Assembly: GCA_964471535.1 (NCBI GenBank)
Contig: CAYYHA010000003.1
Coordinates: forward strand, 18,031-65,812
Source of the DNA: an uncultured Myxococcia bacterium
Lineage (GTDB): Bacteria; Myxococcota; Myxococcia; SLRQ01
Direction: 5' to 3'
Length of the DNA stretch: 47,782 bases
A program made the translations under genes and the position numbers. The notes under the pieces are model-generated. The model ran no database searches. It worked only from the letters and a program-made list of their open reading frames with translations, and had not been told where the DNA came from. Positions 23,327 to 33,568 of this stretch are shown in pieces. Each line of letters begins with the position of its first letter. The first letter of the stretch is position 1.

Positions 23327-25144
23327 TCACTGGCAGACGCCCGCCTGGCAGGTCCCACCCGTTCCGCAGGGGCTGCCGTCGGGCGCATTCGTCCACGCGC
23401 TCGTGCTGCTCTGCGGCTCGCATACCTTGCATGGATTGTTGGGCTTCTGTGAGCCTGCGCGGCGAAATGCGCCGTTGATGTAGCAGCCGGCTTCACAGGA
23501 CCCCTTGCCGTCGCAGACCATCCCAGTGCCGCAGCTGTTTCCCTCCGCCGCTCCGGCGTTTCCGACGCAGCTCCCGGCGCCGTCGCAGTGGTCCTGCACC
23601 GTGCAGGGGTTGCGGTCGTCGCAGGTCGCGCCGTCCGGCTGGGGCGTCGGCGTGTCCACGGCGACATCTGGGTCACAGTACCGGCAGGGACCCAACGGTT
23701 GGCCGGGCTGGAAGTAGGCCCCCTCGAAGAAGCAGCCCGGCTCACAGACGCCATCTACGCACACCGAGGCGGAACCGCAGGGGGTGCCGTCCGTGCGCGG
23801 GACGAAGGCATCGAAAGCCCGGTCGGGGTCGCAGACGTAGCACTCCTCGCTGACATACCCTTCGCGATACCAGACTCCGGACACGTGACAGCCCCGGACG
23901 CACGCTCCGTCGATGCAGACCTCGTTGGCGCCGCAGGCGGTGCCATCGGGCTGCGCCCGGCGCTCACAGACCCCGCCGATGCATTGTGCGGCGAGGCAGG
24001 GGTTGCCCTCATTGTCGCAGGGAGAGCCACAGGCGCCGCAGTGCTCCGCCGAGGTCTCGAGATCCACGCAGGCACCTCCGCAGCAGGAGAGCGTCTCACA
24101 GTTGAGGGCCGCGCCCGGAACATCGAGACCGTCGTCGGCCTCCCCATCGCAGTCCTCGTCGACGCCGTCGCAGAGGACCTCGGGCAGCGCGGGATCCACG
24201 AGCGGCGCGTGCAGCGGCTGGCAAACGAGGCTGCCCTCGCGACATCGCCACCGCCCCTCGGCGCAGAGCCCCGCTCTGCCCGTCATGCACGCAGTGCCCA
24301 CCTGCGGATCGTCCTCGTCGGTCAGGCCATCACAGTCGTCGTCCCACCCATTGCATCGCTCCGGCTCCGGGGTGATGGCGCCGGCGCAGCGAGGGCGCTC
24401 GGGATCCTGGCAGTCGAGACTGCCCGCTCGGCAGCGGCCCACGCCGAGGGTCGGGTGATCGAGCCCGAGCCCATAGCACGCGGCGCCCGGCTCACAGCTC
24501 CCACACCCCTCGTCGATCTCGCCATCGCAGTCGTTGTCGAGACCGTCGGCCGCCGTCTGGCCTCCCTGACAGCTCGCAAGCTCGCCTGGGAGGTAGTCGG
24601 GGCCATAGTCGCACTCCGCCCCGCAGCTCGGCCGCGTCGCGCCGGCGCACACGCCCCGCTGCTCGCACTCGACCGCCTGGGGGAGATCTTCGGGCTCGTC
24701 GGTGAGCCCATCGCAGTCGTCGTCGGCGCCGTTGCAGATCTCGCGGGCGGGGCCCACCTCCCACAGGCAGGGACCGAAGCGCCCGTGGACACAACGGCGC
24801 ACGCCCGCGGTGCAGACGCCCACACCCACCTGCTCCGGCGAGGACAGCTCTGCGCAGGCGACTTCCGTCCCGTCCTCGCAGGGACACCCGAAGGCGGGCA
24901 CCGAGCAGGGCGCACCGCCGTCAGGCGCGCCCCCATCGTCGCCCCCTCCATCCGGCAGGCCCGCGTCCCCGACCCCCGCATCGGGTGCCCTGCGCACGCA
25001 GACCCCGGCGACGCAGACCAGGCCGAGGAGGCAGCCACCGTCCTCGTTGCAGGGGAAGCCCTCCTGCTGCCGATCCACGCGAACGGCGCAGGCGCAGAGC
25101 GTCGCCAGGAGCAGGGCAAATGCAGCCCGAGCCATGGGCCCCAT
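23327..25144 (-). CDS. Cys-rich lipoprotein with MopE-like putative metal-binding repeats
   Basis: LCA-C lipobox; EICNGADDDCDGLTDE, DGLDNDCDGEIDE, ERCNGWDDDCDGLTDE, LCDGVDEDCDGEADD; start 25144 or 25135. Confidence 0.85.
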   Translation of the reverse strand: MGPMARAAFALLLATLCACAVRVDRQQEGFPCNEDGGCLLGLVCVAGVCVRRAPDAGVGDAGLPDGGGDDGGAPDGGAPCSVPAFGCPCEDGTEVACAELSSPEQVGVGVCTAGVRRCVHGRFGPCLWEVGPAREICNGADDDCDGLTDEPEDLPQAVECEQRGVCAGATRPSCGAECDYGPDYLPGELASCQGGQTAADGLDNDCDGEIDEGCGSCEPGAACYGLGLDHPTLGVGRCRAGSLDCQDPERPRCAGAITPEPERCNGWDDDCDGLTDEDDPQVGTACMTGRAGLCAEGRWRCREGSLVCQPLHAPLVDPALPEVLCDGVDEDCDGEADDGLDVPGAALNCETLSCCGGACVDLETSAEHCGACGSPCDNEGNPCLAAQCIGGVCERRAQPDGTACGANEVCIDGACVRGCHVSGVWYREGYVSEECYVCDPDRAFDAFVPRTDGTPCGSASVCVDGVCEPGCFFEGAYFQPGQPLGPCRYCDPDVAVDTPTPQPDGATCDDRNPCTVQDHCDGAGSCVGNAGAAEGNSCGTGMVCDGKGSCEAGCYINGAFRRAGSQKPNNPCKVCEPQSSTSAWTNAPDGSPCGTGGTCQAGVCQ

Positions 25145-25158
25145 TGTAGCCCGAGCCG

Positions 25159-26217
25159 TCACCACCGTCCCCCGACCGCCGCGAGGCCCCCTCCGGGCAC
25201 CGGCAGCAAGCTGACCTGCAGCCTCGGGGCAGCGTCCTGTGCCTCGACCCACCAAAGTGTGAGCGCGCTCGCGGCGAGCACGCCGCCTGCGGCATAGAGG
25301 AGGTTCGCGGCCTGCGCGTCGCGCTCCACTTGGTCGGCGAAGGCCAACGCCTCGGCCTGATCGCGGAAGGAGCCGGGATCGCGCTCGTAGCGGAGCGCCC
25401 CGGACAGAGAACGCCAGCCGAAGTAGCCACCGGCCGCAAGCGCCGCGGCACCGGCTCCCCCGAGGACGTAGACCCAAGGCGACGGCCCGGCGGCAGGCGG
25501 CGGGTCCGGCATGGTGGGCTCGGGCGAGGGCCGAGGCAGAGCCGCCTTGGGAGGCGGCGGCGCCACCAGGCGCAGCGGCGCCCGTTCGTTGCCCAGCTGC
25601 GCCACCGGATAGCCGTAGGCGTTGTAGGCGGTCGCGAGCACCGAGGTGGAGCCCCCCGCAGGCAGGCGGAGGCGCCAGCGGCCTGGCCCCACCTGCTCGG
25701 CGGACCGAGGGGAAGCCTGCGCCGGGTCCACGGGATCGGCCCGCACCGCAACCGAAGCCACCTGTGCATCGGGATCGTCCACCAACACGTCGAGCGTGCC
25801 CTCCACCGCGTTCCACTGCGCGTCGAGATGCACGGCGAAGGCCTGGGCGAGCCGCCGGGCCTCGTCGAAGACGGCGCGCACCTTGGGTGACAGATGCTTC
25901 GGTGGAGTCCAGCCAGGCTGGATCCGGAGCAGTTGCAGGAAAGCATCGCTGGCCTGCGCCTCACGCCCCAGGGCGACCAAGCAGTAGGCCCGGCGGGACA
26001 GGGCCTCCACCTTCTGCTCGGGCGTGGCGCGGGGATCGGTCGCGACACGGGCATAGCGCCGCGCGGCCTTTCCGTACTCCACCTCCTCGTAGAGGCGATT
26101 CGCCTGGCGAAGCACGCGTGCGGGCCCCAGGGCGCCCCCCCGTGCCTTGGGCTTGGCGAGCGCCAGCCCACACGTCAGGCAGACGAGCCCCAGGATGCCC
26201 AGACGAACGACCCTCAC
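25159..26217 (-). CDS. Secreted TPR protein with Pro-rich linker and C-terminal hydrophobic segments
   Basis: Signal peptide; TPR-like ANRLYEEVEYGKAARRY...ALSRRAYCLVALGREAQASDAFLQLL; SPKVRAVF motif; C-terminal GGLAAVGGRW. Confidence 0.75.
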   Translation of the reverse strand: MRVVRLGILGLVCLTCGLALAKPKARGGALGPARVLRQANRLYEEVEYGKAARRYARVATDPRATPEQKVEALSRRAYCLVALGREAQASDAFLQLLRIQPGWTPPKHLSPKVRAVFDEARRLAQAFAVHLDAQWNAVEGTLDVLVDDPDAQVASVAVRADPVDPAQASPRSAEQVGPGRWRLRLPAGGSTSVLATAYNAYGYPVAQLGNERAPLRLVAPPPPKAALPRPSPEPTMPDPPPAAGPSPWVYVLGGAGAAALAAGGYFGWRSLSGALRYERDPGSFRDQAEALAFADQVERDAQAANLLYAAGGVLAASALTLWWVEAQDAAPRLQVSLLPVPGGGLAAVGGRW

Positions 26218-26292
26218 CGGGCCACCTTACCAAACACCTGCGAGGGGCCGTCCACGCCCCCTGCCGCCCCGGTCCTGCCGGGGCGAGCGCGG

Positions 26293-26754
26293 CTAGGGCC
26301 CCTCTTCGCCGAGTTCCGCCTCGTCCTCACCGGGCTCGACGTCCAAGGGGTCCGGCGGCGGCGGGGCTTCGAGGTTGACCAGCCATTCGTCAATCTCGTA
26401 GCGCACCACCTGAGCAACGACCGCCGGATCCTTGCGCGCCATCGCCTCCACGGCGCGCTTCGGTGTCTCGGCGGGCACGACGATCATGGCCCCCTTCTTC
26501 TCCCGGAGCTGTCCCGCGAGGAGGATCTTCCGCTCCTCGGCCAACTTCCGCCAGTACGCGAGGCTCTCCTTCATTCCGGGCTGACGCGAGTAGCTGCGAC
26601 CATAGTCGTACTGCATGCCCGGCTCGAGGAAGACCACCCACTGCCGCCGGGGACGGCGGAGGAGCGCCGAGCGCGCCCATGCGGTGAAGGCGCCCCCCAG
26701 AAAGAGTCCGAGGAGCAGCGAAACGAGGATGAGACGTGCGCGTCGCTTCCACAT
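26293..26754 (-). CDS. Exported or membrane-anchored YciI-like (YCII) domain protein
   Basis: N-terminal hydrophobic helix; SLAYWRKLAEERKILLAGQL...GAMIVV...AMARKDPAV...YEIDEW. Confidence 0.65.
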   Translation of the reverse strand: MWKRRARLILVSLLLGLFLGGAFTAWARSALLRRPRRQWVVFLEPGMQYDYGRSYSRQPGMKESLAYWRKLAEERKILLAGQLREKKGAMIVVPAETPKRAVEAMARKDPAVVAQVVRYEIDEWLVNLEAPPPPDPLDVEPGEDEAELGEEGP

Positions 26755-26906
26755 GCCGCCAGGGTGTAGCAAAAGCGCACGGCCAGGAGAACCGCGCCCC
26801 GCCCTGCCGGCAGCGATCCGCGGGTCGTGCCCCGCGCAGCGGCCCATCCGCCGCCCGACGCCCCTCACAGCGCTTTGGCCGGCGTGGCTGCCCCGGCGCC
26901 GTGCGC

Positions 26907-28244
26907 TCAGGCGAAGCGCTCCACGATGCGCGCGGCCGCCTCCTGTGCTTCGTCGAGTACCCGAGCCTCGTCGAGCGTGGTGAGGACGCCCTCGTCTAGG
27001 ACCACCTCGCCATCGATGAGCACCGTGCGTACGTCGCTGCCGTGCGCGGCGTAAACGAGCCGGCTGTACACATCCTCACCGGCGGGCAGCGCGTGTGGGC
27101 AGTGAAGATCGAGGATCGCCACGTCGGCGCGCTTCCCCGGCTCGAGAGAGCCGATGGATGCCTCGAGCCCCAGTGCACGGGCCCCCCCCAGGGTGGCCAT
27201 CTCGAAGACCTCTTGGGCGGAGAGCCCTGCCGGCCCCACGCGCGGAAGGTGAATGAGCGCCGCCAGACGCATCTCCACCCACGCATCGAGGTTGTTGTTG
27301 CACGGCGCCCCGTCCGCGCCCAGGGAGATGTGCGCGCCCATCCGCAAGAGCTCGGGAATCTTCGCGAATCCGCTCGCAAGCTTCAGATTGCTCGATGGGC
27401 AGTGCGCAATGTGTGTGCCCGTGTCCGCGAGGATCCGCTTCTCCCGGGCCGTCAGCCAGATGCAGTGCGCCAACACCGTGTCCTCACCGCTCATCCCGAG
27501 CCCGTGGAGATAGGCGACGTTGTCCTCGCCGCAGCGCTCGCGCACCGCCTCGATCTCGTTTTGGTTCTCCGAGGCGTGCGTGTGGATGCGCAGCCCATTG
27601 GCTCGGGCACGGGCGACGACCTCGCGGAGCAGCGGCTCGGTGCAAGAGAGCACGAAGCGGGGCGCATAGGCGTAGCGCAGCCGTCCTCCGGCCTGCTCGT
27701 GCCACCGCTCGGCCAGCGCGTCACTCTCGGCCAGGGACGCCTCGGTGCTCTCGCGTAGGCCCGCGGGAACACCGCGGGTGACGTCCATCATCGCCTTGCC
27801 GCAGGTGAGCCGGAATCCCGCCTCCGCCGCCGCCTCGAAAATCGCATCGGTGTGGTGCACGGTGCCCATGTCGAGGCAGGCGGTGGTGCCGCCGCGGATC
27901 AGCTCGGCGAGCCCGAGGCGGGCGCTCGCCTTCAGGCTCTCGAAGGTATGCGCACCCTCGAAGGGCCAGATGCGCTCCCGCAGCCAGTCGAGCAGCTCCA
28001 GCCCGTCGGCATGGCCGCGAAACAATGTCTGACAAAGATGGACATGGCTCTGCACCAAACCGGGGATGACGATCCGCCCCGTACAGTCGATCCGTCGTGC
28101 CGAGGCTGCCTCGCGGCGCTGCGCTTTCGTGAGTTCCCCGACCGCGACGATCACACCGTTGCGAACCCAGAGGTCACCCGCGAGAACGCGGCGCTGCGCA
28201 TCCATGGTGACCAGCGTTCCGCCGGTGAGGAGCAGCTCACTCAT
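26907..28244 (-). CDS. Amidohydrolase, 5'-deoxyadenosine/MTA/SAH deaminase family
   Basis: [52 protein letters not shown]. Confidence 0.9.
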   Translation of the reverse strand: MSELLLTGGTLVTMDAQRRVLAGDLWVRNGVIVAVGELTKAQRREAASARRIDCTGRIVIPGLVQSHVHLCQTLFRGHADGLELLDWLRERIWPFEGAHTFESLKASARLGLAELIRGGTTACLDMGTVHHTDAIFEAAAEAGFRLTCGKAMMDVTRGVPAGLRESTEASLAESDALAERWHEQAGGRLRYAYAPRFVLSCTEPLLREVVARARANGLRIHTHASENQNEIEAVRERCGEDNVAYLHGLGMSGEDTVLAHCIWLTAREKRILADTGTHIAHCPSSNLKLASGFAKIPELLRMGAHISLGADGAPCNNNLDAWVEMRLAALIHLPRVGPAGLSAQEVFEMATLGGARALGLEASIGSLEPGKRADVAILDLHCPHALPAGEDVYSRLVYAAHGSDVRTVLIDGEVVLDEGVLTTLDEARVLDEAQEAAARIVERFA

Positions 28245-28690
28245 CGCTTCCGCTTGTCCAAGAGGTGCGCCCGGTTGAAGCGAAAGGGCAGGAGATCCTT
28301 GAGGCGAACTCGGATCCGCTCCCCTTGCGTGTTCGCAAGGAGGATGGGCAGGTCGTCGGCAAACTCCACGAGCGCCTGCAGGCAGATCCCGCAGGGCGGC
28401 GATGGCGGGCTCGTCTCGGTCAGCACGGCGCAGTGGGTGAAGCGCGTGTAGCCGGCGCTGACAGCCGCCGCGAGCGCCGAGCGCTCGCCGCAGAGGCAGA
28501 GCCCATAGGAGGCGTTCTCGACGTTGCAGCCGCCGAAGATGGTCCCGTCCTCGCAACGCAGAGCCGCGCCCACTCGGAACTCGGAGTAGGGTGCGTAGGC
28601 GTTCTCCCGCGCGCGCATGGCCGCCTCGACGAGCGCCTCCTCGATCTCTTCGCGGGCCCGCCTCTGTTCACCGACGCTCTTGGTCGCCAT
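28241..28690 (-). CDS. cdd: Cytidine deaminase (homotetrameric type)
   Basis: [32 protein letters not shown]. Confidence 0.93.
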   Translation of the reverse strand: MATKSVGEQRRAREEIEEALVEAAMRARENAYAPYSEFRVGAALRCEDGTIFGGCNVENASYGLCLCGERSALAAAVSAGYTRFTHCAVLTETSPPSPPCGICLQALVEFADDLPILLANTQGERIRVRLKDLLPFRFNRAHLLDKRKR

Positions 28691-28756
28691 TCGGCGAATC
28701 GTACCCTCGCGTCTGCATGTGGGCAATTCTCCTTGGCCTGTCGTATAGAAGCGGCC

Positions 28757-29845
28757 ATGCCCTCCCTGGTGGATCGACTGACGGACGTCGAGGCGCGATT
28801 CGAAGCGCTGACGGAACGGATGAGCGACCCTTCCGTCGCCGCGAACCCATCTGAATACCGGAAGGTGGCCAAGGAGCGCGCGGCACTCGAGGAGGTGGTG
28901 GCGGCCTTTCGTGACTACAAGCGGGTGCAAAGCGAACTCGCGGAAAGTCGAGCGCTGGCCGAGGAGAGCGACGATCCGGAGATGCGCGCGCTCGCGAAGG
29001 AGGAGGTGCAGCGCCTCGAGGAGGAAGACGCACGCCTCGAGGAGCGGCTGAAGCTCCTGCTGCTGCCCAAGGATCCCAACGACGAGAAGAACGTGATCCT
29101 CGAGATCCGAGCGGGCACCGGTGGAGAGGAAGCGGCACTCTTCGCCGGTGACCTGATGCGCATGTATCTGCGCTACGCCGAGCGGAAGGGATGGAAGACG
29201 GAAATCCTCTCTCTCTCGGAGAGCGACCGAGGTGGGGTGAAGGAAGCCATCATTCGCATCGAGGGAGAGGGGGTCTACAGCGCGCTGAAGTTCGAGTCCG
29301 GCGTGCACCGGGTACAGCGCGTCCCCGAAACCGAATCTCAGGGGCGCATCCACACCTCGGCCGCGACCGTCGCAGTCATGCCCGAGGCCGAGGAAGTGGA
29401 CCTGCAGATCGACCCGAGCGATCTCCGCATCGACGTCTTCCGAGCCAGCGGGCCAGGGGGGCAGAGTGTGAACACCACCGATTCGGCGGTGCGCATCACC
29501 CACATCCCCACCGGCATCACCGTCTCGATGCAGGACGAGAAGAGCCAGCACAAGAACAAGGCCAAGGCGATGCAGGTACTGCGGACCCGACTCCTCGAGG
29601 CGGAGAAGGCCAAGCAAGAAGCGGAGCGCTCCGAGCTGCGCCGTACGATGGTCGGCAGCGGCGACCGCTCCGACAAGATCCGCACCTACAACTTCCCGCA
29701 GGACCGGCTCACCGACCACCGCATCGGGCTGACGCGGCACAACCTCGATGCCGTGCTCGACGGCGACCTCGACGAGATCGTGACGGCGTGCCGCACCTAC
29801 TTCCAAGCCAAGATGCTGGAGGAAGCGGAGCGAGAGGGGGCGTGA
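28757..29845 (+). CDS. prfA: Peptide chain release factor 1
   Basis: [20 protein letters not shown] (PxT), [16 protein letters not shown]. Confidence 0.98.
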   Translation: MPSLVDRLTDVEARFEALTERMSDPSVAANPSEYRKVAKERAALEEVVAAFRDYKRVQSELAESRALAEESDDPEMRALAKEEVQRLEEEDARLEERLKLLLLPKDPNDEKNVILEIRAGTGGEEAALFAGDLMRMYLRYAERKGWKTEILSLSESDRGGVKEAIIRIEGEGVYSALKFESGVHRVQRVPETESQGRIHTSAATVAVMPEAEEVDLQIDPSDLRIDVFRASGPGGQSVNTTDSAVRITHIPTGITVSMQDEKSQHKNKAKAMQVLRTRLLEAEKAKQEAERSELRRTMVGSGDRSDKIRTYNFPQDRLTDHRIGLTRHNLDAVLDGDLDEIVTACRTYFQAKMLEEAEREGA

Positions 29846-30744
29846 GCTCGAGTTCCTCCGAGCGACGGCTCTGGCGTCTGAAGGATGCGCTCCTGTGGAC
29901 CGCCTCGCGGTTCGAGCGGGCCGGCTTCGATTCCCCGCGCCTCGATGCGGAGGTCCTGCTGGCTCACGTACTCGGCTGCGACCGCGTGCGCTTGTACATG
30001 GACTACGAGCGCCCTCTCGATGCCGATGAACGCGCCGCCTACCGGGCGCTGGTCCGCCGCCGCCTGGCGGGGGAGCCGGTCGCCTACCTGGTTGGATTCA
30101 AGGAGTTCTGGTCCCGCCGCTTCCAGGTGGACCGCCGGGTCCTCGTGCCCCGTCCAGAGACCGAGCACCTGGTCGAGGCCGCCTTGGAGCGCATCCCACC
30201 GGACGCACCCGCTCGGGTCCTCGATCTGTGCAGTGGCAGCGGCTGTGTGGGCATCACCGTGGCCCTCGAGCGTCCCCTGGCGACGGTGGTCGGCGTGGAT
30301 CTGAGCGCGGCTGCCTGTGAGGTGGCGCGGGAGAACGCGCAGGCTCTGGGGGCGAAGAACTACCAGCAGCTCGAGGGCGACCTCTATGCACCCTGCGAGG
30401 GCTCTTTCCACCTCGTGACCGCCAACCCACCGTATGTGGCACACGGCGACCCGCAGCTCGACCCGGCTGTGGCCCGGTACGAGCCCGAGGTGGCGCTCTT
30501 CGCCGGGTCGGATGGGCTTCGGGTCCTGCGGCGGATCGTGGCGGGTGCTCCGGCGCACATCGAACCGGGCGGGTGGCTTCTCTTGGAGCATGGACCGGCA
30601 CAGGACGAGGCGCTGCGCACGCTGCTTCGTGACTGGGAGGAGGTCACGACCCGCTCCGATCTCGCGGGCCGCCCGCGCATCACCGCCGCCCGGCGGCCGG
30701 CGGCGGGCGCTGCCCGGCAAGACCCTGGAGAGGAGGCGCACTGA
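29842..30744 (+). CDS. prmC: Release factor glutamine methyltransferase
   Basis: [27 protein letters not shown]; GTGA overlap with prfA. Confidence 0.96.
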   Translation: MSSSSSERRLWRLKDALLWTASRFERAGFDSPRLDAEVLLAHVLGCDRVRLYMDYERPLDADERAAYRALVRRRLAGEPVAYLVGFKEFWSRRFQVDRRVLVPRPETEHLVEAALERIPPDAPARVLDLCSGSGCVGITVALERPLATVVGVDLSAAACEVARENAQALGAKNYQQLEGDLYAPCEGSFHLVTANPPYVAHGDPQLDPAVARYEPEVALFAGSDGLRVLRRIVAGAPAHIEPGGWLLLEHGPAQDEALRTLLRDWEEVTTRSDLAGRPRITAARRPAAGAARQDPGEEAH

Positions 30745-30754
30745 GGTGGGCGGC

Positions 30755-30930
30755 CGGCCACAGCGGGTGGGTGCATTGACACGGCGGATCGCGGCCTGTA
30801 GGGGCTCTCTCGGCCCGTGGACCTGGCACGAACTTCGCCCTCTCCGAGCGTATGTCCTTCGAAGCACCCAGCGATACATCGCCCCGCGCCGCCCCCCGCA
30901 AACGCACGGCGTCGAAGCCCGCTGTGGCCG
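30755..30930. repeat. Perfect 13-bp inverted repeat enclosing about 150 nt in the prmC-murA spacer
   Basis: CGGCCACAGCGGG (30755-30767) and CCCGCTGTGGCCG (30918-30930). Confidence 0.75.
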
Positions 30931-31052
30931 TTGGCATCGCGGTGAATGGAAGATGGGACGGCCCGGCGGCCACGCCCTCGAGCGAAGCGGAGAGCGCGGC
31001 ACTTGGAGGGGCATTCGGGGTGCCACGCGAGGCGGCCCGGCGGACTAGAACC

Positions 31053-32318
31053 ATGGACAGGCTGCGCATTCACGGCCCGACCCGGCTCGAGGGGCGGATC
31101 CGCATCGACGGAGCGAAGAATGCCGCCCTGCCCATCCTCGCCGCCACGCTCCTCGCCGAAGGAGAGCACCAGATCCGAAACGTGCCCGACCTGGTGGACG
31201 TGCGGACCATGATGCGCCTCCTCTCGCGCATCGGTGCCTACGCTTCGCGTGGCTCCGGCCACGCCGCAGATCTGGTCACCGTGGAGGTCGCAGGGGACGT
31301 CCTTCCCGTGGCCGAGTACGATCTCGTGAAGACGATGCGGGCCAGCGTCGTCGTCCTGGGACCCCTTCTGGCGCGCTGGGGATCCGCCCGGGTCTCCCTC
31401 CCCGGCGGCTGCGCCATCGGCGCGCGGCCCATCGATCAGCACCTGAAGGGCCTCGCCGCCCTCGGCGCCCGCATCGACCTCGCCCATGGCTACGTCGAAG
31501 CGCGGGCGCGGCGGCTCGTCGGAACGCGCTTCACCTTCGACCTTCCGACGGTCGGGGGGACGGAGAACGTGCTCATGGCCGCCACGCTCGCCCGCGGCGA
31601 GACGGTGCTCGAGAACTGCGCGCGAGAGCCGGAGATCGAGGACCTCGCGCGCTTCCTCGTCGCCATGGGCGCGAAGATCGAGGGGGCGGGAAGCGATACG
31701 ATCTACGTCCAAGGGGTGGACGCACTCCATCCCGCCGTACACACGGTGATTCCGGACCGCATCGAGGCAGGCACCTTTGCCATTGCAGCAGCGATGACCG
31801 GTGGCGAGGTGACGCTCGCCGCGTGCCGGCCCCAGGATCTGGAGGCGCTGACCGAAAAGCTTCGAGACGCCGGTGCGCGGGTCGAGGTGGGCCGAGACTC
31901 GATGCACGTCTCCGGTCCACGGCGCCCGAAGGCGATCGACTTCAAGACCGGACCCCATCCCGGTTTCCCTACGGACATGCAGGCGCAGCTCATGGCGCTC
32001 TGCGCCGTGGCGGACGGCAGCTCGGTGGTGAGCGAGAACGTGTTCGAGAATCGCTTCATGCACGTCCCAGAACTGTGTCGGATGGGGGCGGATATTCGGG
32101 TGAATGGCCGCACGGCCCTGGTGAAGGGCGTGCGGCGGCTCTCGGGCGCCGACGTGATGGCTACCGACCTGCGAGCCAGCGCTTCGCTGGTACTCGCAGC
32201 ACTTCGTGCGGAGGGCTGCACGACGGTCCACCGCGTCTACCACCTCGACCGCGGCTACCACCGCATCGAGCGGAAGCTGCGAGCGCTGGGCGCGAAGGTA
32301 CGACGGCTCAAACGATGA
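31053..32318 (+). CDS. murA: UDP-N-acetylglucosamine 1-carboxyvinyltransferase
   Basis: GAKNAALP, MRAS, LPGGCAIGARPIDQH, PDRIEAGT, PGFPTDMQ, DLRA, LDRGY. Confidence 0.98.
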   Translation: MDRLRIHGPTRLEGRIRIDGAKNAALPILAATLLAEGEHQIRNVPDLVDVRTMMRLLSRIGAYASRGSGHAADLVTVEVAGDVLPVAEYDLVKTMRASVVVLGPLLARWGSARVSLPGGCAIGARPIDQHLKGLAALGARIDLAHGYVEARARRLVGTRFTFDLPTVGGTENVLMAATLARGETVLENCAREPEIEDLARFLVAMGAKIEGAGSDTIYVQGVDALHPAVHTVIPDRIEAGTFAIAAAMTGGEVTLAACRPQDLEALTEKLRDAGARVEVGRDSMHVSGPRRPKAIDFKTGPHPGFPTDMQAQLMALCAVADGSSVVSENVFENRFMHVPELCRMGADIRVNGRTALVKGVRRLSGADVMATDLRASASLVLAALRAEGCTTVHRVYHLDRGYHRIERKLRALGAKVRRLKR

Positions 32319-32989
32319 GCGCTTGGCTGACCGTCGCCCTTCCCAAGGGCCGCTTGCAAAGTGCGGCCGGCACCCTTCTAGAGCGTGCCCTGGGTGCCGA
32401 TCCCGCGGCGGCGCTCGCCAAGAGCAGGAAGCTGGCGTGGCCCTTCGAGGCCGAGCGCCTCCGCTTCCTCTCGGTGCGCCCCGCGGATCTTCCTGCCTAT
32501 GTCGAACGTGGTGCCGCGGACTTGGGGATCGTCGGCAGCGATCTCCTGCGTGAGGGGCGCCACGATCTCTACGAGCCGATCGACCTCGGCATCGGGCGAT
32601 GCCGGCTGGTCGTCGCTGCCCATCGCCGCCATGCAGCTACCCTCGAGTGGGGGGACCGGCGGCCGGCGCGCACCGCCGCGCAGCTCGCACCGCTGCGCAT
32701 CGCCACGAAGTACCCGCGCCTCGCCACGTCGTTCTTCACTCAGCGTGGCCAGCCGGTGGAACTCACCCCTCTTCACGGCGCTGTGGAAGCCGCACCCTTA
32801 CTCGGACTCTGCGACGCCATCGTGGACATCACCGAGACCGGAGAAACCCTCCGGCAGAACGAACTCGTCGTCGTGGCCGAGGTGATGGAGGTGAGCGCTC
32901 GACTGGTCGTGAATCGGGTGTCTTTGAAGCGGAATGCAACGCGGATGCGTACGCTCGTGGAGGCGATCCGCATGCAGGCCGGCTCTTGA
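32315..32989 (+). CDS. hisG: ATP phosphoribosyltransferase, short (HisZ-dependent) form
   Basis: ALPKGRL, DLGIVGSD, IATKYP, GAVEAAP, IVDITETGETLRQN; lacks the C-terminal regulatory domain. Confidence 0.95.
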   Translation: MSAWLTVALPKGRLQSAAGTLLERALGADPAAALAKSRKLAWPFEAERLRFLSVRPADLPAYVERGAADLGIVGSDLLREGRHDLYEPIDLGIGRCRLVVAAHRRHAATLEWGDRRPARTAAQLAPLRIATKYPRLATSFFTQRGQPVELTPLHGAVEAAPLLGLCDAIVDITETGETLRQNELVVVAEVMEVSARLVVNRVSLKRNATRMRTLVEAIRMQAGS

Positions 32990-33047
32990 ATCGGCTTCGC
33001 CCCGCTGGGTATGCTCGACGCGTTCATTCACCCTTCTTGGAGGACCC

Positions 33048-33464
33048 ATGGAGTGCCCGCGCTGTAGCGGCCTCGAGATGGAAGAATACGACGCCGATGG
33101 CGGTGTATTGCTTCGGCGCTGCCCCGAATGCGGGAGCATCTGGATGGACACCGCCGACCTCACCCGTGCCCTCTTGCACAACAACCTGCCGGGCCTGGAT
33201 ACCATCGGGGGACGCGAGAATCTGGCCGAAGCGGTGGGAACCTGTCCCGACGACCTGACCGACCTCGTGGTGATCGAATCGCCGAAGGCCAACGGCCTCA
33301 ACTTCGCAATGTGCGAGGTCTGTGCCGGCGTCTGGCTGCACCGAAAGGGTGAGGAGGAGGAGGCTGGCTTCGACGGGGAAGATGGTAATGCGCTGGTGGC
33401 CCAGGTGATCGACTTCTTCCGCGCGTTTGCGCCTGGGAAGACGGCTTCGAACCTACGGCGCTGA
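33048..33464 (+). CDS. Double zinc-ribbon (zf-TFIIB-like) protein
   Basis: GGAGG RBS; CPRC...CPECGSIWMD and CPDD...CEVCAGVWL. Confidence 0.8.
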   Translation: MECPRCSGLEMEEYDADGGVLLRRCPECGSIWMDTADLTRALLHNNLPGLDTIGGRENLAEAVGTCPDDLTDLVVIESPKANGLNFAMCEVCAGVWLHRKGEEEEAGFDGEDGNALVAQVIDFFRAFAPGKTASNLRR

Positions 33465-33568
33465 CGCCACCGAGGCGGGTGGTCGGTGCGGGCGGCCGCT
33501 GGTCGCTGGGCCGAAGCGGCCCCTTGGCAGCCACTGCGACGGCGTTTCCCTCCGAGGAAGTAGCGACG

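Noticed and set aside
30852-31052. 67-aa N-terminal extension of MurA in the ORF track (similar extensions on uvrA, the sigma factor, prfA, cdd and the NUDIX gene)
   Set aside because: Family similarity begins at the downstream start; the extensions are low-complexity read-through of spacers.
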